From Obrimoposthia wandeli (Eukaryota), in NCBI GenBank assembly GCA_977020255.1, contig CDROCS010006304.1:1-64000 (forward strand): a stretch of 64,000 bases of DNA, written 5' to 3'. Below the pieces are notes generated by a model, which searched no databases, was not told the origin of the DNA, and saw nothing but the letters and a program-made list of their open reading frames with translations. The position numbers were made by a program, and so were the translations under genes. This document shows, one piece after another, positions 1 through 12,390 of this stretch; position 1 is the stretch's first letter, and the number at the start of each line of letters is the position of its first letter.

Positions 1-884
1 TGCCATGCATTGCCCTATTTCTGGATGGCCGATCAACTGACAGAGTCGTTTAAAAATATTGTCGCCATTGGCGCCAATAGCAATCCACTGATCATCTTTT
101 GTTCGATACGTATTGGAGGGAGCTGCAGTGGGAATAGCCGAGCCTGTTGGATGACGCACCGCGTTAAATTCACCGTATTCTGGCAGCGCGCCTTCCATCA
201 AACTGAAGACTGACTCATACAGTGCCACGTCTATTTCGCGACCAACTGTGCTGCCACTGACATCACGTTGGTAAACCGCACTCAAAGCGCCGATAACACC
301 AAACATCCCTGTTAAACTATCCCCTAAGCTCACCCCAGTACGTACCGGCGGTAAATCACTCTGCTCTTTAGGATAACCTGTCAAATGACGTAATCCACCA
401 AATGCCTCACCGATGGCGCCAAAAGAGACTCTATCTTTATATGGACCGGTTTGGCCGTAACCTGATATATGTACTAGAATAATTTTTGGATTCACTTGTT
501 GCATCTGTGTAAAACTCAACCCCCATTTAGCCAACTGACCGGGGCGAAAGTTCTCGACTACAATATCAACTTCTTTGATCAGTTCTTTTGCCAGAGCGGC
601 CCCCTGCTCCGTTTTTAAATTAAGGGTAATACACTGTTTTCCGCGCCCGTGTACCGACCACCACAAGGTATTGCCATCACGCATCATTCCCCAATTGCGA
701 ATGGGATCCCTTTCCTTATGGTTCAATCCAATCACCTAGGTTTGCCATCAAGGAGCATAAGGAGGTGCCGCGATGAAATGGCCCAGTTCAAGGATTTTTA
801 ACCCCTGTAACGGGCTCGCTATATATTGACTGGGTGCTCTATCATCAGATTAACTTCAATTTTATGATTATTATCAGCGTACAT
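1..884 (-). CDS. CoA-transferase family III (CaiB/BaiF); runs off the window edge, frameshifted near the N-terminus
   Basis: Manual minus-strand translation gives PLQGLKILELGHFIAAP, WWSVHGRGKQCITLNLK, DIVVENFRPGQLAKWGL, ISGYGQTGPY and GEAFGG, all family III motifs. Not in the ORF track; reading frame broken at about 730-820. Confidence 0.85.
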
Positions 885-920
885 GCTTAAAAATTGAATT
901 CTTTTGCCTGCTTTGTTATT

Positions 921-941
921 GTGCAAGTTATTCGAATGCAC
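921..941. promoter_or_regulatory. GTGCA-N11-TGCAC dyad upstream of the CoA-transferase, candidate operator
   Basis: gtgca agttattcgaa tgcac, about 40 bp upstream of the start. Confidence 0.25.
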
Positions 942-1169
942 TTTTCATCAGTACATACAGCCCTCAGTATCCATTGTAAAAACTCCAGTTGACATCACAC
1001 TTCATTCATTCTAAAAGATAGCTTTTTCAATAGGACAAGTTAGCACTGTAACAAACAGATAGTAATTTTATACCTAGGAAGCTGCTGGATGTAAATCAAT
1101 TAGCTTATGAGGGGCTGAGGAGGTTGATTTAAAGCGGCTAATCGCAGGCCGACAATCACTATTGAACAG

Positions 1170-2640
1170 TTAATATATCTGGAGGATACTAAACAAGTTA
1201 TTAGGAAATAGCACTTTAGACACAGTATATTGGGGGATGATCACTTTTAGCTGGCTGGGTTCCAGCCAAATACAGAGTAAGGCATAATACGTTGAAGGAA
1301 GAGAGCTACCAAATTCCCGGGCGAGAGAGATCGGCGCAATGAAGAATTTGCCTTTAATACGATATTCGGCAGAGCGAGCGTGCGCCGTCAAACCTTCACC
1401 GCGTGCAAGAATCGAAGCGACTGGACCAATATCACTGGCCCCCTGCTCAGAGAATTGAATCAATGAAGAGCGTTTTTGAAAATCGTAAACACCCAGTGGG
1501 GATGAAAACCTTGCAGTACCCGATGTCGGTAATACATGGTTGGGGCCAGCACAGTAATCACCTAAAGCTTCCGCGGTATAGCGTCCCATAAAGATGGCAC
1601 CGGCGTGGCGAATTTCTGCTAATAACGCTTCTGGCGCCTCGATTGAAAGCTCCAAATGCTCTGGCGCTACCAAATTACACACTGCAGCCGCTTGGGATAA
1701 ATCATCCACTTTGATAAAGGCAGCGCGGTTATTGATCGACTGCCCTATAATTTGTGAACGCTCCATCGTTGGCAATAATGCCTGCATACTCTGGGCAACT
1801 TTTTCCATATAAGCTTGATCAGGACATACCAATATCGATTGCGCCTGCTCCTCGTGCTCTGCTTGAGAGAACAAATCCATCGCCAACCAATCTGGATCGG
1901 TATTACCATCGGCGATTACTAGTATCTCAGAGGGTCCTGCAATCATGTCAATGCCAACTAAACCGAACACGGCTTTCTTAGCAGTGGCGACATAAATATT
2001 ACCCGGACCGGTGATTTTATCAACCTTAGGTACGGTTGCTGTACCGTAAGCGAGCGCTGCAATAGCTTGTGCGCCACCTACGGTAAACACTCGACTCACA
2101 CCTGCTACAGCAGCTGCAGCTAGTACTAGATCGTTCAACTGACCATTGGGAGTGGGTACGACCATTATAATTTCTGCAACGCCCGCTACATGTGCTGGGA
2201 TTGCATTCATGATTACTGATGAGGGATAGGCAGCCTTACCACCAGGCACATAGATACCGACTCTATCTAACGGCGTGATTTTCTGCCCGAGAACAGTGCC
2301 ATCAGCTTCAGTGTACTGCCAAGATTTATCCGCCTGTCGTTCATGGTAGTTGCGCACCCGTGCCGCTGCTTTTTCCAGTGCGTCACGCTGCTCAGTAGGA
2401 ATACGCTCAAGTGCGTCTTCCAATTGGGTGCGTGTCAGTTCCAAATCAGCCATGACTTAAGACAAATTTATCGGTATATTCTTGATCAGTGCCAATGTAC
2501 ATGTGTTTTATATCCTGCAATATCTGATCGACTACTTGGTTAACACCGTTATCTGAAACGGATTCCCAAGCCAGTAATTTATCTAACTGCTGCTTGAAAT
2601 TTTTACTGTTAGCGTCAAGGCGGGTAATGTCTAACATCAT
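1170..2640 (-). CDS. hisD: Histidinol dehydrogenase, split by an apparent frameshift near 2450-2510; C-terminus reads through past the usual end near 1340
   Basis: ORF 2446..2640 has the N-terminal [12 protein letters not shown] 1170..2453 has [52 protein letters not shown] and AHARSAEYR. Confidence 0.93.
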
Positions 2641-2641
2641 C

Positions 2642-3298
2642 TTAATTGCCTACCGTTTCACGACGCGCAATGATCGCTTGCGAAAGCATATCTAAAATAG
2701 GTTGTATCTGACGGTGTTTTAACTTCATCGGCGCTTGCCCAACCACTAAACGAGAGCTGACATCAGCAATAAACTCTGTCGGCTCCAAGCCATTAGCACG
2801 CATGGTATTGCCCGTATCGACGATATCGACAATTCGATCAGCTAAGCCCATGAGAGGCGCTAACTCCATCGCCCCATAGAGCTTTATCACATCAATTTGT
2901 TGCCCGCGCTCTGCAAAGTAACGCTTCGCTACGTTGACAAATTTAGTCGCTACTCTCATACGCCCTTCAATCGGCGGCGCACCTTTAATAGCAGCTACCA
3001 TTAATTTGCACTTAGAGATTTCTAGATCCAACGGCTCATAGAGTCCTTCACCGCCATGCTCCATCAAGACATCTTTGCCAGCAATCCCCATATCTGCGCC
3101 ACCGTATTCAACGTAAGTTGGTACATCTGTTGCACGAATCACTACCAATTTAATATTACTATGATTGGTATCAAAAATGAGTTTGCGACTGTTAAAGATA
3201 TCTTCGCTGGGCACTATATTGGCGGCTTCCAACAACGGGAGCGTCTCTTTTAGGATGCGCCCTTTAGATAAGGCTATGGTCAGCTGTTGTTTTTTCAT
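2642..3298 (-). CDS. hisG: ATP phosphoribosyltransferase, short form
   Basis: [61 protein letters not shown]; no C-terminal regulatory domain; ATG at 3298 preferred. Confidence 0.95.
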   Translation of the reverse strand: MKKQQLTIALSKGRILKETLPLLEAANIVPSEDIFNSRKLIFDTNHSNIKLVVIRATDVPTYVEYGGADMGIAGKDVLMEHGGEGLYEPLDLEISKCKLMVAAIKGAPPIEGRMRVATKFVNVAKRYFAERGQQIDVIKLYGAMELAPLMGLADRIVDIVDTGNTMRANGLEPTEFIADVSSRLVVGQAPMKLKHRQIQPILDMLSQAIIARRETVGN

Positions 3299-3523
3299 GA
3301 TCTCTCTAATATAAATTGCGATCGTTGAATCGTGATGAAACATTAGAAACAGCCCAACTCATCATTTAATACGGTGGGTATCTTTTGATGATGAGTTGAT
3401 CTAAAGGATATTCGCTAGACGCTATCCTTTAAGTCCTAAACAGGTTCTATCACTCAGGTATTCACTACCTGGTCAAAGATCTCGGGTTATTATCTTTTAC
3501 TGCAGCGATATTTTAACCCGTCG

Positions 3524-4782
<1,259 letters not shown>

Positions 4783-4794
4783 AATGTATGCCTG

Positions 4795-5037
4795 TTAGTC
4801 TTGCAGTTTTTGCCATTGGGCCTGGGTGTAGGTCTTAATCGTAAGGGCATGTATGCTGCCATCTGCTATTTGTTGCTCAACACATTTGTAAACCAACTGC
4901 TGGCGTTTAACAGGCATTAAACCGGTAAACTGGTCGCTAACTACCGCCACTTCAAAGTTACACCCCTCACCAGCGGTTTCAACGGTGGCACCTTCTATTT
5001 GTGATTCGATAATTTGCTTTACTTCTTGGGCCTGCAT
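4795..5037 (-). CDS. ibaG: BolA/IbaG family protein
   Basis: VVSDQFTGLMPVKRQQLVY..IADGSIHALTIKTYT; directly upstream of murA as usual; ATG at 5037 preferred. Confidence 0.9.
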   Translation of the reverse strand: MQAQEVKQIIESQIEGATVETAGEGCNFEVAVVSDQFTGLMPVKRQQLVYKCVEQQIADGSIHALTIKTYTQAQWQKLQD

Positions 5038-5638
5038 TGATTGCTCCAATGTAATAATTTGTTGAATTAGTGACTTCAAGAGAGGTGAATACAAGCTCTA
5101 TCACCTTCTTCTAGATGCATCTCCCGCTACTGATCGGTAGAGAATTAATCATGAAAAGAGAGCGTGCATCAGCTACTCGTTTGAAGCCACACATTCGTGA
5201 TTTTGTTTTTATGATTGACAAAAAAATATAAATGAAAATGCCGAGTTGAAAGTCGCTAATTCCAAATCGCCACTTTTCTCCAACTATGTCTGAATTGGTT
5301 ATATAATTCTGCCGCCATGACAAAAGATAAACGTGAAACATCTGCAAAAAATTAGGCTGATAATAACCAAATTCTCAGTAAAAGGCGATGGTAGAAGCCA
5401 AAAATGCCCGTATTTGACCTTAAAAAACTATCGACATTGGCGCCTACTCACAGATACAAAATTTACGTTTAATCTTGATGGGGATAAGGCTGACGAGACT
5501 ATTGCTAATAACGCGTACTGATTCGGCTTAAATTTTAACTAAGATCATTTGTTAACCGACACCCTAATGTTCTTAGTGGTTCAAGCAAAGGGCTGGGGCC
5601 AAGGACTGAACACTAACGGAGTGTTATCGCATTTACTC

Positions 5639-5875
5639 TTATGGCGGTATACGGAGATAGCGTAAATGCTCAAATTCACTATTTTTAACCTTTCGCTGTA
5701 ATGCTAAACACAGTGCCAGCGCCGAGGTATCGACGTCGAGCACAGCGGAAAAGTCGGCAACCAATACACCTGAGCCTACAAGCTCTAGCGCCACCAGCTG
5801 TTCAAAGCATTTTTGCGTCGTACCAAACGTTAATTCACCGCTAAAACTCAAATAATTATCTTGGTAGTTAAGCAC
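5639..5875 (-). CDS. mlaB: STAS-domain protein MlaB (C-terminus possibly frameshifted)
   Basis: SGELTF..ADFSAVLDVDTSALALCL STAS motif; last gene of the mla operon. Confidence 0.8.
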   Translation of the reverse strand: MLNYQDNYLSFSGELTFGTTQKCFEQLVALELVGSGVLVADFSAVLDVDTSALALCLALQRKVKNSEFEHLRYLRIPP

Positions 5876-5907
5876 TTACTTCACCCTTCATTGTCATCGG
5901 CAACGTT

Positions 5908-6521
5908 TTATTTATCAATTGCTTGAGACCATTTTTCGACAACTTTCTGCACATCTTTTTTGTTATCTTGGGCCATTTTAGCAAATTGATTTTTGAAAGT
6001 AACACGCAAATTAAAACCGTCTAGAACCGCATTAACCAACTTCCACTTACCCTCTTTTTTGACCATATATAGTTGATAAATGACATACTTTGACTGTTTC
6101 TCTGATTTAACTTCGTCAGACCTTTGCTTATCCGGCTGGGTTTACTTTCTGGCATGATTTGAATAAAGCTATAAGTTGCTATATCAAAACTAACCAACGT
6201 CTTACCGTATGTTTTTATTAGCGTGTGTTTAAATACTTCGCTAAATTTAGCCTTATCATCATCGCTTGCTTTACGGTAATACTTTCCCATTACCACTTTA
6301 GAGATATAGGTAAAATCTACATTAGGACTTAAAATATGATCCAATTCAGCATAGAGGGGAGCCAAATCAGCTTCCGCATCTCCACGATAAGGAGCGACTT
6401 GCGCTAGCATTGCCTTAATTGAATGATCTACTTCATCTGCCGCTTCTTGCCAACTCGCTTGAACATTGAAACTCAGTAACAGCGAAAGTAACGTACTGAC
6501 TAATAATAATGCTGATTTCAT
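5908..6521 (-). CDS. mlaC: Phospholipid-binding periplasmic protein MlaC, frameshift near 6120
   Basis: Signal peptide and VDFTYISKVVMGKYY; the alternative frame continues WKLVNAVLDGFNLRVTFKNQF to TAA at 5908-5910. Confidence 0.85.
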
Positions 6522-6523
6522 GG

Positions 6524-6979
6524 TTATTCACTCACTTTATTAAACAGAAACTGACCAATTAACTCTTCGAGCACTAGTGCTGATTGAGTATCTTCAATGA
6601 CGCTACCCTCAACGAGTAGTTCATCATCCGCACCGACCGACAACCCTAAATATTGACCACCTAGCAAGCCTGATGTCAATATTTGCACTGAGCTATCCGC
6701 ACTCAAATAATTAACGTTTGAGTATATATCCATTTCGACAACCGCTGTTAAACTTTCAGGATCTAGCGATATATTGGTCACACTACCGATTTGGACCCCA
6801 GAGAGCGCCACTTTAGCTTTTTTGGTCAGTCCACCAATATTTTCAAAGTGAGCATATACTTTATAACCCCCTTGTTTATTCAGCGTTAAACCACTGACCG
6901 AAAGTGCCAGACCTATAGCGGCCAGCAAGCCACAAATTAAGAACAAACCAACAAAAATTTCAACACTGCGCGAGCGCAT
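6524..6979 (-). CDS. mlaD: MCE-domain protein MlaD
   Basis: VEIFVGLF, YAHFENIGGL, LSGVQIGSV, LTSGLLGGQY, DTQSALVLEELIGQFLF. Confidence 0.93.
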   Translation of the reverse strand: MRSRSVEIFVGLFLICGLLAAIGLALSVSGLTLNKQGGYKVYAHFENIGGLTKKAKVALSGVQIGSVTNISLDPESLTAVVEMDIYSNVNYLSADSSVQILTSGLLGGQYLGLSVGADDELLVEGSVIEDTQSALVLEELIGQFLFNKVSE

Positions 6980-6980
6980 A

Positions 6981-7748
6981 TTATAAATCTCCAAACATCA
7001 ATGCAGTTAAAACAAAGTCTAAGGCAAGTACAGTCAATGAAGAGTAAACCACAGTACGTGTTGTCGCCTGTGAAATCCCCTCTGAGGTAGGAATAGATTC
7101 CATGCCCTGATACAAAGCAATCCAAGTGATGACAATACCAAAAACGACCGCCTTAATAGCGCCATTGAGAACATCATCGTTAAAGTCTACAGCACTTTGC
7201 ATATTTGCCCAGAAAGAGCCGCTGAAAACACCCAACCATTCAACCCCAACTAAAGCACCACCATAGATACCCACTAAGGCAAATATCAGTGAAAGTAAGG
7301 GCATCGAAATAAAACCAGCCCACAATCTAGGGGCGACAATACGGCGTAACGGATCAACGCCTATCTCAAGAGGCCAATTGTTCGTCGTCGCACGCCCATT
7401 TCGTTGTTAAGAACCCGTCGCCCAGCGGCACAATAGCGCAGTGACGACAGGTGCTAGTTCGCGAACTAAACTCAGTGCAACCATTTGCCCAACCGATTGC
7501 TCAGAACCAAAATCGACCAGAATCGTATAACCTTGCAACCCCAGTACCATTCCAATGAATAAACCGGACACCACGATAATCAACAGCGATTTAACACCAA
7601 TAGCGTAAAGCTGTTTGATCAATAACGGTAAATTTTGCCTGGGTTGCGGCCACGCAATCAAGGCATGCCATAGCATGAAAGATGCACGGCCAAAGCCCGC
7701 TAGGTTATCTAATGTGGCGCGTCCAATCGCTGCCAGCCAATCTAACAT
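6981..7748 (-). CDS. mlaE: ABC permease MlaE, corrupted/frameshifted near 7330-7410
   Basis: 5' piece has [24 protein letters not shown]; 3' piece has [30 protein letters not shown]. Confidence 0.9.
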
Positions 7749-7784
7749 GATATTTCCAGGCCTCCTCTGTGAATGATCATCCGT

Positions 7785-8582
7785 TTAATCAACCAAATCT
7801 TGTAACAATGGTGGCGCTGGGTAATGAAAAGGTACCGGGCCATCAGGGTAGCCCTGAATAAATTGTTGTACCTCAGCAGATTCACTCGCTTGCAATTGTG
7901 CAGGGCTGCCCGCAGCAAGCACAACACCATCTGCAATGATGTAGACGTAATCGGCTATGCTGAGCGTCTCTTGGATATCATGAGAAACAATAATACTGGT
8001 GTGCCCTAAGGCCAAGTTTAGTTGTTTAATTAAATTAACTAATACACCCATACCGATGGGGTCTTGACCGGCAAAAGGCTCGTCATACATTAAAATAGCT
8101 GGATCTAAAGCGATGGCTCTCGCGAGGGCTACTCTACGAGCCATACCACCGGAAAGTTCACTTGGCATCATCGCGTGAGCACCGCGTAATCCGACGGCAT
8201 TTAATTTCAGCAACACCAAATCACGCACCAACTCATCGTTCAGGTCGGTGTTGACTCGTATCGGGAAAGCAACATTTTCAAACACACTCATATCTGAAAA
8301 TAAAGCCCCACTTTGAAACAGCATGCCCATGTTCTTGCGCGCATCAAAAAGTTTTTTCCGACTAAGCTTGGTCAAATCAGTGCCATCGACAATCACTTCG
8401 CCCGAATTCGGACTCAACTGAGCGCCTATCATTTTCAGCAAGGTCGTTTTCCCAGTGCCTGAGGGCCCCATAATGGCGGTAATCTTCCCTTTGGCGATTG
8501 AGATATTGATATCTTTAAATATCGCGCGTCTTCCGCGATTAAAAGCTAAGTGTTTTATTTCTACAATATTGTGCACGTGCAA
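7785..8582 (-). CDS. mlaF: ABC ATPase MlaF
   Basis: Walker A GPSGTGKT, LFQSGALF, ELSGGMARRVALARAIALDP, YDEPFAGQDP. Confidence 0.95.
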   Translation of the reverse strand: MHVHNIVEIKHLAFNRGRRAIFKDINISIAKGKITAIMGPSGTGKTTLLKMIGAQLSPNSGEVIVDGTDLTKLSRKKLFDARKNMGMLFQSGALFSDMSVFENVAFPIRVNTDLNDELVRDLVLLKLNAVGLRGAHAMMPSELSGGMARRVALARAIALDPAILMYDEPFAGQDPIGMGVLVNLIKQLNLALGHTSIIVSHDIQETLSIADYVYIIADGVVLAAGSPAQLQASESAEVQQFIQGYPDGPVPFHYPAPPLLQDLVD

Positions 8583-8708
8583 CCATACCTTTAAATGCTT
8601 CGAGTTATTACATCGACACCAAGCGCAACAAGGTGTTCCCTACGCCACGCATAACAAATACTGCCTACCGTTAACAGGCATGTTCAAACTACAGCCGTAA
8701 AGCGGCGA

Positions 8709-8717
8709 ATTGTAGCA
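8709..8717 (-). promoter_or_regulatory. Extended -10 (TGcTACAAT) with GC-rich discriminator, candidate mla promoter
   Basis: Minus strand reads TGCTACAATTCGCCGC about 130 bp upstream of mlaF. Confidence 0.4.
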
Positions 8718-8838
8718 CCGCCCTTTTCGTTTAAGAAGTACTAGTGCAGTTTATTGTTATCATTGAAGTGTTTTTTGTTGCACCTAATTTCAGTTCTGTT
8801 CTAATAGCCTTTTTTAGAATGGCGGTCATTTTCCTTTT

Positions 8839-9786
8839 ATGCTATATCCCATCATTAGCTTAGTTATCGGTCTTATTGTTTTGGTATGGAGTGCTGATAA
8901 GTTTGTTTTAGGTGCTGCGGGCAGTGCAAAGAACTTCGGTATGTCCCCGCTATTGATCGGCCTCACTATTGTCGCTTTCGGCACGTCTGCCCCTGAAATT
9001 CTGGTGTCTATTGTCGCTACTATAGATGACAGCGGCACCTTAGCTATTGGTAACGCACTGGGTTCTAATATTGCTAATATCGCACTAGTATTGGGCGTGA
9101 CCGCCCTAATAGCCCCACTGCCAGTAAAAAAAGCGGTACGTTCTAAAGAACTGCCTCTGATGCTGTTAGTCACCATTCTAGCCGGTGCTGTACTCTATAA
9201 TTACAGCTTAGACACTACTGACTCTCTATTACTTTTCGCCGCGTTGATTATTTCCTTAATAATATTTTCGCGCACTCAAAACGATGCTGGCGACACCCAT
9301 GACGATGAAGTGCCCGACATAACAACTAGCAGCAGCATTTTTTGGTTAGTCATCGGCTTAGTTCTACTTATTGCAAGCTCAAAGGCTCTCGTTTGGGGGG
9401 CAACAGAAATTGCTCAATCCTTAGGCGTGAGTGATTTAATCATAGGTTTAACCATAGTAGCGATTGGAACTAGCCTCCCTGAATTAGCCGCCTCTATTAC
9501 CAGTGCTCTCAAAGGTCATCACGATATCGCCATAGGCAACGTCGTCGGTTCTAATATATTTAATTTAGGGGCCGTTATGTCCATTCCAGGCCTAGTCACG
9601 CCTATCTCATTTGGCAGCGACATTTTTAGCCGTGATTATATGTTCATGCTTGCGTTGAGTGTGCTGTTATTAGCTTTTTGCTTCATCCGTAAGCCTGCGG
9701 CAATTAAACGTCCTGAAGGCGCTTTTTTACTCGCGTTATACTCCGGTTATATGTATTTTTTGTACGCGAGTACTGCAACATTATAG
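8839..9786 (+). CDS. yrbG: Ca2+/Na+ antiporter (CaCA family)
   Basis: Two alpha repeats, AFGTSAPE..GNALGSNIAN and AIGTSLPELA..GNVVGSNIFN; synteny with kdsD. Confidence 0.93.
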   Translation: MLYPIISLVIGLIVLVWSADKFVLGAAGSAKNFGMSPLLIGLTIVAFGTSAPEILVSIVATIDDSGTLAIGNALGSNIANIALVLGVTALIAPLPVKKAVRSKELPLMLLVTILAGAVLYNYSLDTTDSLLLFAALIISLIIFSRTQNDAGDTHDDEVPDITTSSSIFWLVIGLVLLIASSKALVWGATEIAQSLGVSDLIIGLTIVAIGTSLPELAASITSALKGHHDIAIGNVVGSNIFNLGAVMSIPGLVTPISFGSDIFSRDYMFMLALSVLLLAFCFIRKPAAIKRPEGAFLLALYSGYMYFLYASTATL

Positions 9787-9808
9787 ATTTTTAGATGCGA
9801 TCAACAAT

Positions 9809-10795
9809 ATGGATAATAACATGAGCCCAGCCAAAACCTATTTAGAGTCTGCTCAGCGCACCATTTCACTGGAAGCTCAAGCAGTCAGTAACTTAGTGCC
9901 ATTGCTAGATGAGAATTTCGTTCTCAGTTGTGAGGCTATTTTACGCTGCAAAGGCCGGGTAATTGTCACAGGCATGGGGAAATCTGGTCATATAGGTAAC
10001 AAGATTGCCGCCACCCTTGCCAGCACAGGCACTCCAGCTTTCTTCGTCCATCCAGGTGAGGCCAGTCACGGCGATATGGGAATGATTACCGCTCAAGATA
10101 TCGTTTTAGCGCTTTCTAATTCCGGAGAAGCGCAAGAGATAAAGGCTATTTTACCGCTCCTAAAGCGCATGGGTACCCCGCTAATTAGCATCACATCCAA
10201 TCCATCATCAACACTCTCACTCATGGCCGATTTCAATCTTAATACAGGCGTGACTAAAGAGGCTTGCCCGCTTAACTTAGCACCGACATCAAGCACAACC
10301 GCACAACTCGCTTTAGCCGATGCTTTAGCGATAGCGCTGTTGGAGGCAAAAGGCTTTAACGCCGAAGACTTCGCCTTTTCGCATCCTGGCGGTAGTTTAG
10401 GGCGCCAACTTTTACTTAAAGTTGAAGATATTATGCACAGCGGCCAAGACATGCCAAAAGTGTCTAGTGGCACTTTATTAACCGGAGCACTGGTTGAGAT
10501 CACCCAAAAGAGCCTCGGCATGACGGCTATCGTCAATAATGATGATAAGCTTATTGGCATATTCACCGACGGCGATTTACGCCGTACTATCGATAGTGAA
10601 GTTGACCTTAAAAAAGCAATTATTGATCAAGTTATGACTAAAGATTCAACCACTGTAGACGCCAACATGCTCGCTGCTCAAGCATTGCAGATAATGCAAC
10701 ACAATAGCATCGGCGCGCTCGTTGTGATCGACTCGGAAAACCGCCCTGTGGGCGCATTAAATATGCAAGACATGCTCAAAGCTGGAGTTTTATAA
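9809..10795 (+). CDS. kdsD: Arabinose-5-phosphate isomerase (SIS + CBS)
   Basis: GMGKSGHIG, STGTPAFFVHPGEASHGDMG, CPLNLAPTSST, HPGGSLG, two CBS domains. Confidence 0.95.
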   Translation: MDNNMSPAKTYLESAQRTISLEAQAVSNLVPLLDENFVLSCEAILRCKGRVIVTGMGKSGHIGNKIAATLASTGTPAFFVHPGEASHGDMGMITAQDIVLALSNSGEAQEIKAILPLLKRMGTPLISITSNPSSTLSLMADFNLNTGVTKEACPLNLAPTSSTTAQLALADALAIALLEAKGFNAEDFAFSHPGGSLGRQLLLKVEDIMHSGQDMPKVSSGTLLTGALVEITQKSLGMTAIVNNDDKLIGIFTDGDLRRTIDSEVDLKKAIIDQVMTKDSTTVDANMLAAQALQIMQHNSIGALVVIDSENRPVGALNMQDMLKAGVL

Positions 10796-11331
10796 TGAAG
10801 ACAATTTCTGCCTCAACACTACGTACAGCTGCAGCTCGCGTAAAAATTGCTGTATTTGACGTCGACGGTATTATGACGGATGGCAGTTTATACTTCCTAA
10901 ACGATGGCAGTGAAATAAAAACCTTTAATACCTTGGACGGCTTAGGTCTCAAGATGCTAATGGCACAAGGAATTAAGACTGCTATTATTACAGGCCGATC
11001 GTCTGCACAGGTAGAAAACAGAGCAAAATCTCTCGGTGTCAACTATGTTTATCAAGGGCGGGATGACAAGCTTGTGGCACTTCGCGAACTTTGTCAGACC
11101 CATAATTTTACGCTTGATCAAGCGGCCTATATTGGTGATGACCTGCCAGATTTGGCCGCCATTAAAGCAGTCGCTTTTGGCGCCACTGTACCCAACGGCC
11201 ATCCTTTAGTTATTGAACAAGCCCACTGGTGCACAACTCGCCGTGGCGGCCAAGGCGCTGCACGTGAGTTTTGTGAAGCGATTCTTGAAGCTAAAGGTTT
11301 ATTATCATTAAGTTATGCAGAGTTTGAATGA
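10795..11331 (+). CDS. kdsC: KDO-8-phosphate phosphatase
   Basis: HAD motif FDVDGIMTDG, IITGR, YIGDDLPD, GGQGAAREFCE. Confidence 0.95.
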   Translation: MKTISASTLRTAAARVKIAVFDVDGIMTDGSLYFLNDGSEIKTFNTLDGLGLKMLMAQGIKTAIITGRSSAQVENRAKSLGVNYVYQGRDDKLVALRELCQTHNFTLDQAAYIGDDLPDLAAIKAVAFGATVPNGHPLVIEQAHWCTTRRGGQGAAREFCEAILEAKGLLSLSYAEFE

Positions 11332-11909
11332 AAATGAGGGTTGACCGCCGCAAGCTCAGACTGTATTTTTCGATATGCTTACTCACCGCTGCAGCTGTGT
11401 ATTGGTATGACACGGATAGTAATATAACTAATCCGTCAATCAATGAGCCCGTCGTTAATAGCCAAATTGATTTTTTTGTCACTGATGCTCAATTTACCCG
11501 CTATGATATCCAAGGTAAATTAGCCAATACTCTAGAAGCTAGTAACGTTGAACACCATCAGTACGCTAAACAAACTAATTTTAGTCGCCCTGTTTTATCG
11601 CGTCAGACTGATGCTGCCAATTTCACGACTATTCGCAGTGAAAAAGCCGTTGCGCTAGATGGTAATGGCCCTATTTCCTTCAGTGAAAATGTTGTAGTTA
11701 CGGATAATAAGGCATCATTAACGGCGACCAATGTAATGAGCGACACTCTAAACTATGACAGAGAAAAACAGCTTATAACAACACAGGATAAAGTAACGAT
11801 TATGCGAGCCAATGGCTCCAAAGTTACTGCCATTGGCATGAAAACAAACCTAAGTCTAAAAAAGATAACCCTGAATAAAAACGTTAAAGGGATAATTTAT
11901 GAAAACTAA
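11328..11909 (+). CDS. lptC: LPS export protein LptC
   Basis: N-terminal TM and beta-jellyroll-like sequence, located between kdsC and lptA. Confidence 0.8.
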   Translation: MKMRVDRRKLRLYFSICLLTAAAVYWYDTDSNITNPSINEPVVNSQIDFFVTDAQFTRYDIQGKLANTLEASNVEHHQYAKQTNFSRPVLSRQTDAANFTTIRSEKAVALDGNGPISFSENVVVTDNKASLTATNVMSDTLNYDREKQLITTQDKVTIMRANGSKVTAIGMKTNLSLKKITLNKNVKGIIYEN

Positions 11910-12387
11910 ACTTTTATTTTTAACCTGCGCATTGCTTTTCGCGCCGCTGGCCCAAGCTTTGCCCAGCGATAAAAGCCAGCCGATTGACGTTGACGCTGAT
12001 AGCGCGAGCATGGACGATAATAGCGGCCTTACTGTATTAACTGGCGCCGTCAAAATTAAACAGGGAACAATGAAAATAGGCGGCGCAAAACTAGAAATAT
12101 ACCGTGATAAAAATGGCGAAATTAACAAGATGATCGCCTACGGTAAGCCCGCTTCTTTTGAGCAGCAACAGCAGAAAGGTAAGCCACTAACACGCGCTTA
12201 CGGCTCGAAGATGGTTTACCTATTAAATGATCAAACGATGACGATCACGGGTAACGCTAAGGTTGAGCAGGAAAATGATAAGTTTAGCGGCGAAAGAGTT
12301 ATCTATTATATGAATAAGGCCGTGGTCAAAGCCACTGGTGGTAAACAGCGAGTCAAAATGATTATCCAGCCCAAAGGACAGCCGTAA
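11899..12387 (+). CDS. lptA: LPS transport periplasmic protein LptA
   Basis: Signal peptide, ALPSDKSQPIDVDAD, GAVKIKQG, GKQRVKMIIQP. Confidence 0.92.
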   Translation: MKTKLLFLTCALLFAPLAQALPSDKSQPIDVDADSASMDDNSGLTVLTGAVKIKQGTMKIGGAKLEIYRDKNGEINKMIAYGKPASFEQQQQKGKPLTRAYGSKMVYLLNDQTMTITGNAKVEQENDKFSGERVIYYMNKAVVKATGGKQRVKMIIQPKGQP

Positions 12388-12390
12388 TTA

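Noticed and set aside
10093-10566. Numerous 60-160 aa antisense or overlapping ORFs (e.g. 10093..10566, 21066..21455, 25426..25845, 25799..26227, 57660..58058)
   Set aside because: They lie wholly opposite or inside well-supported genes and are shadow ORFs without motifs.
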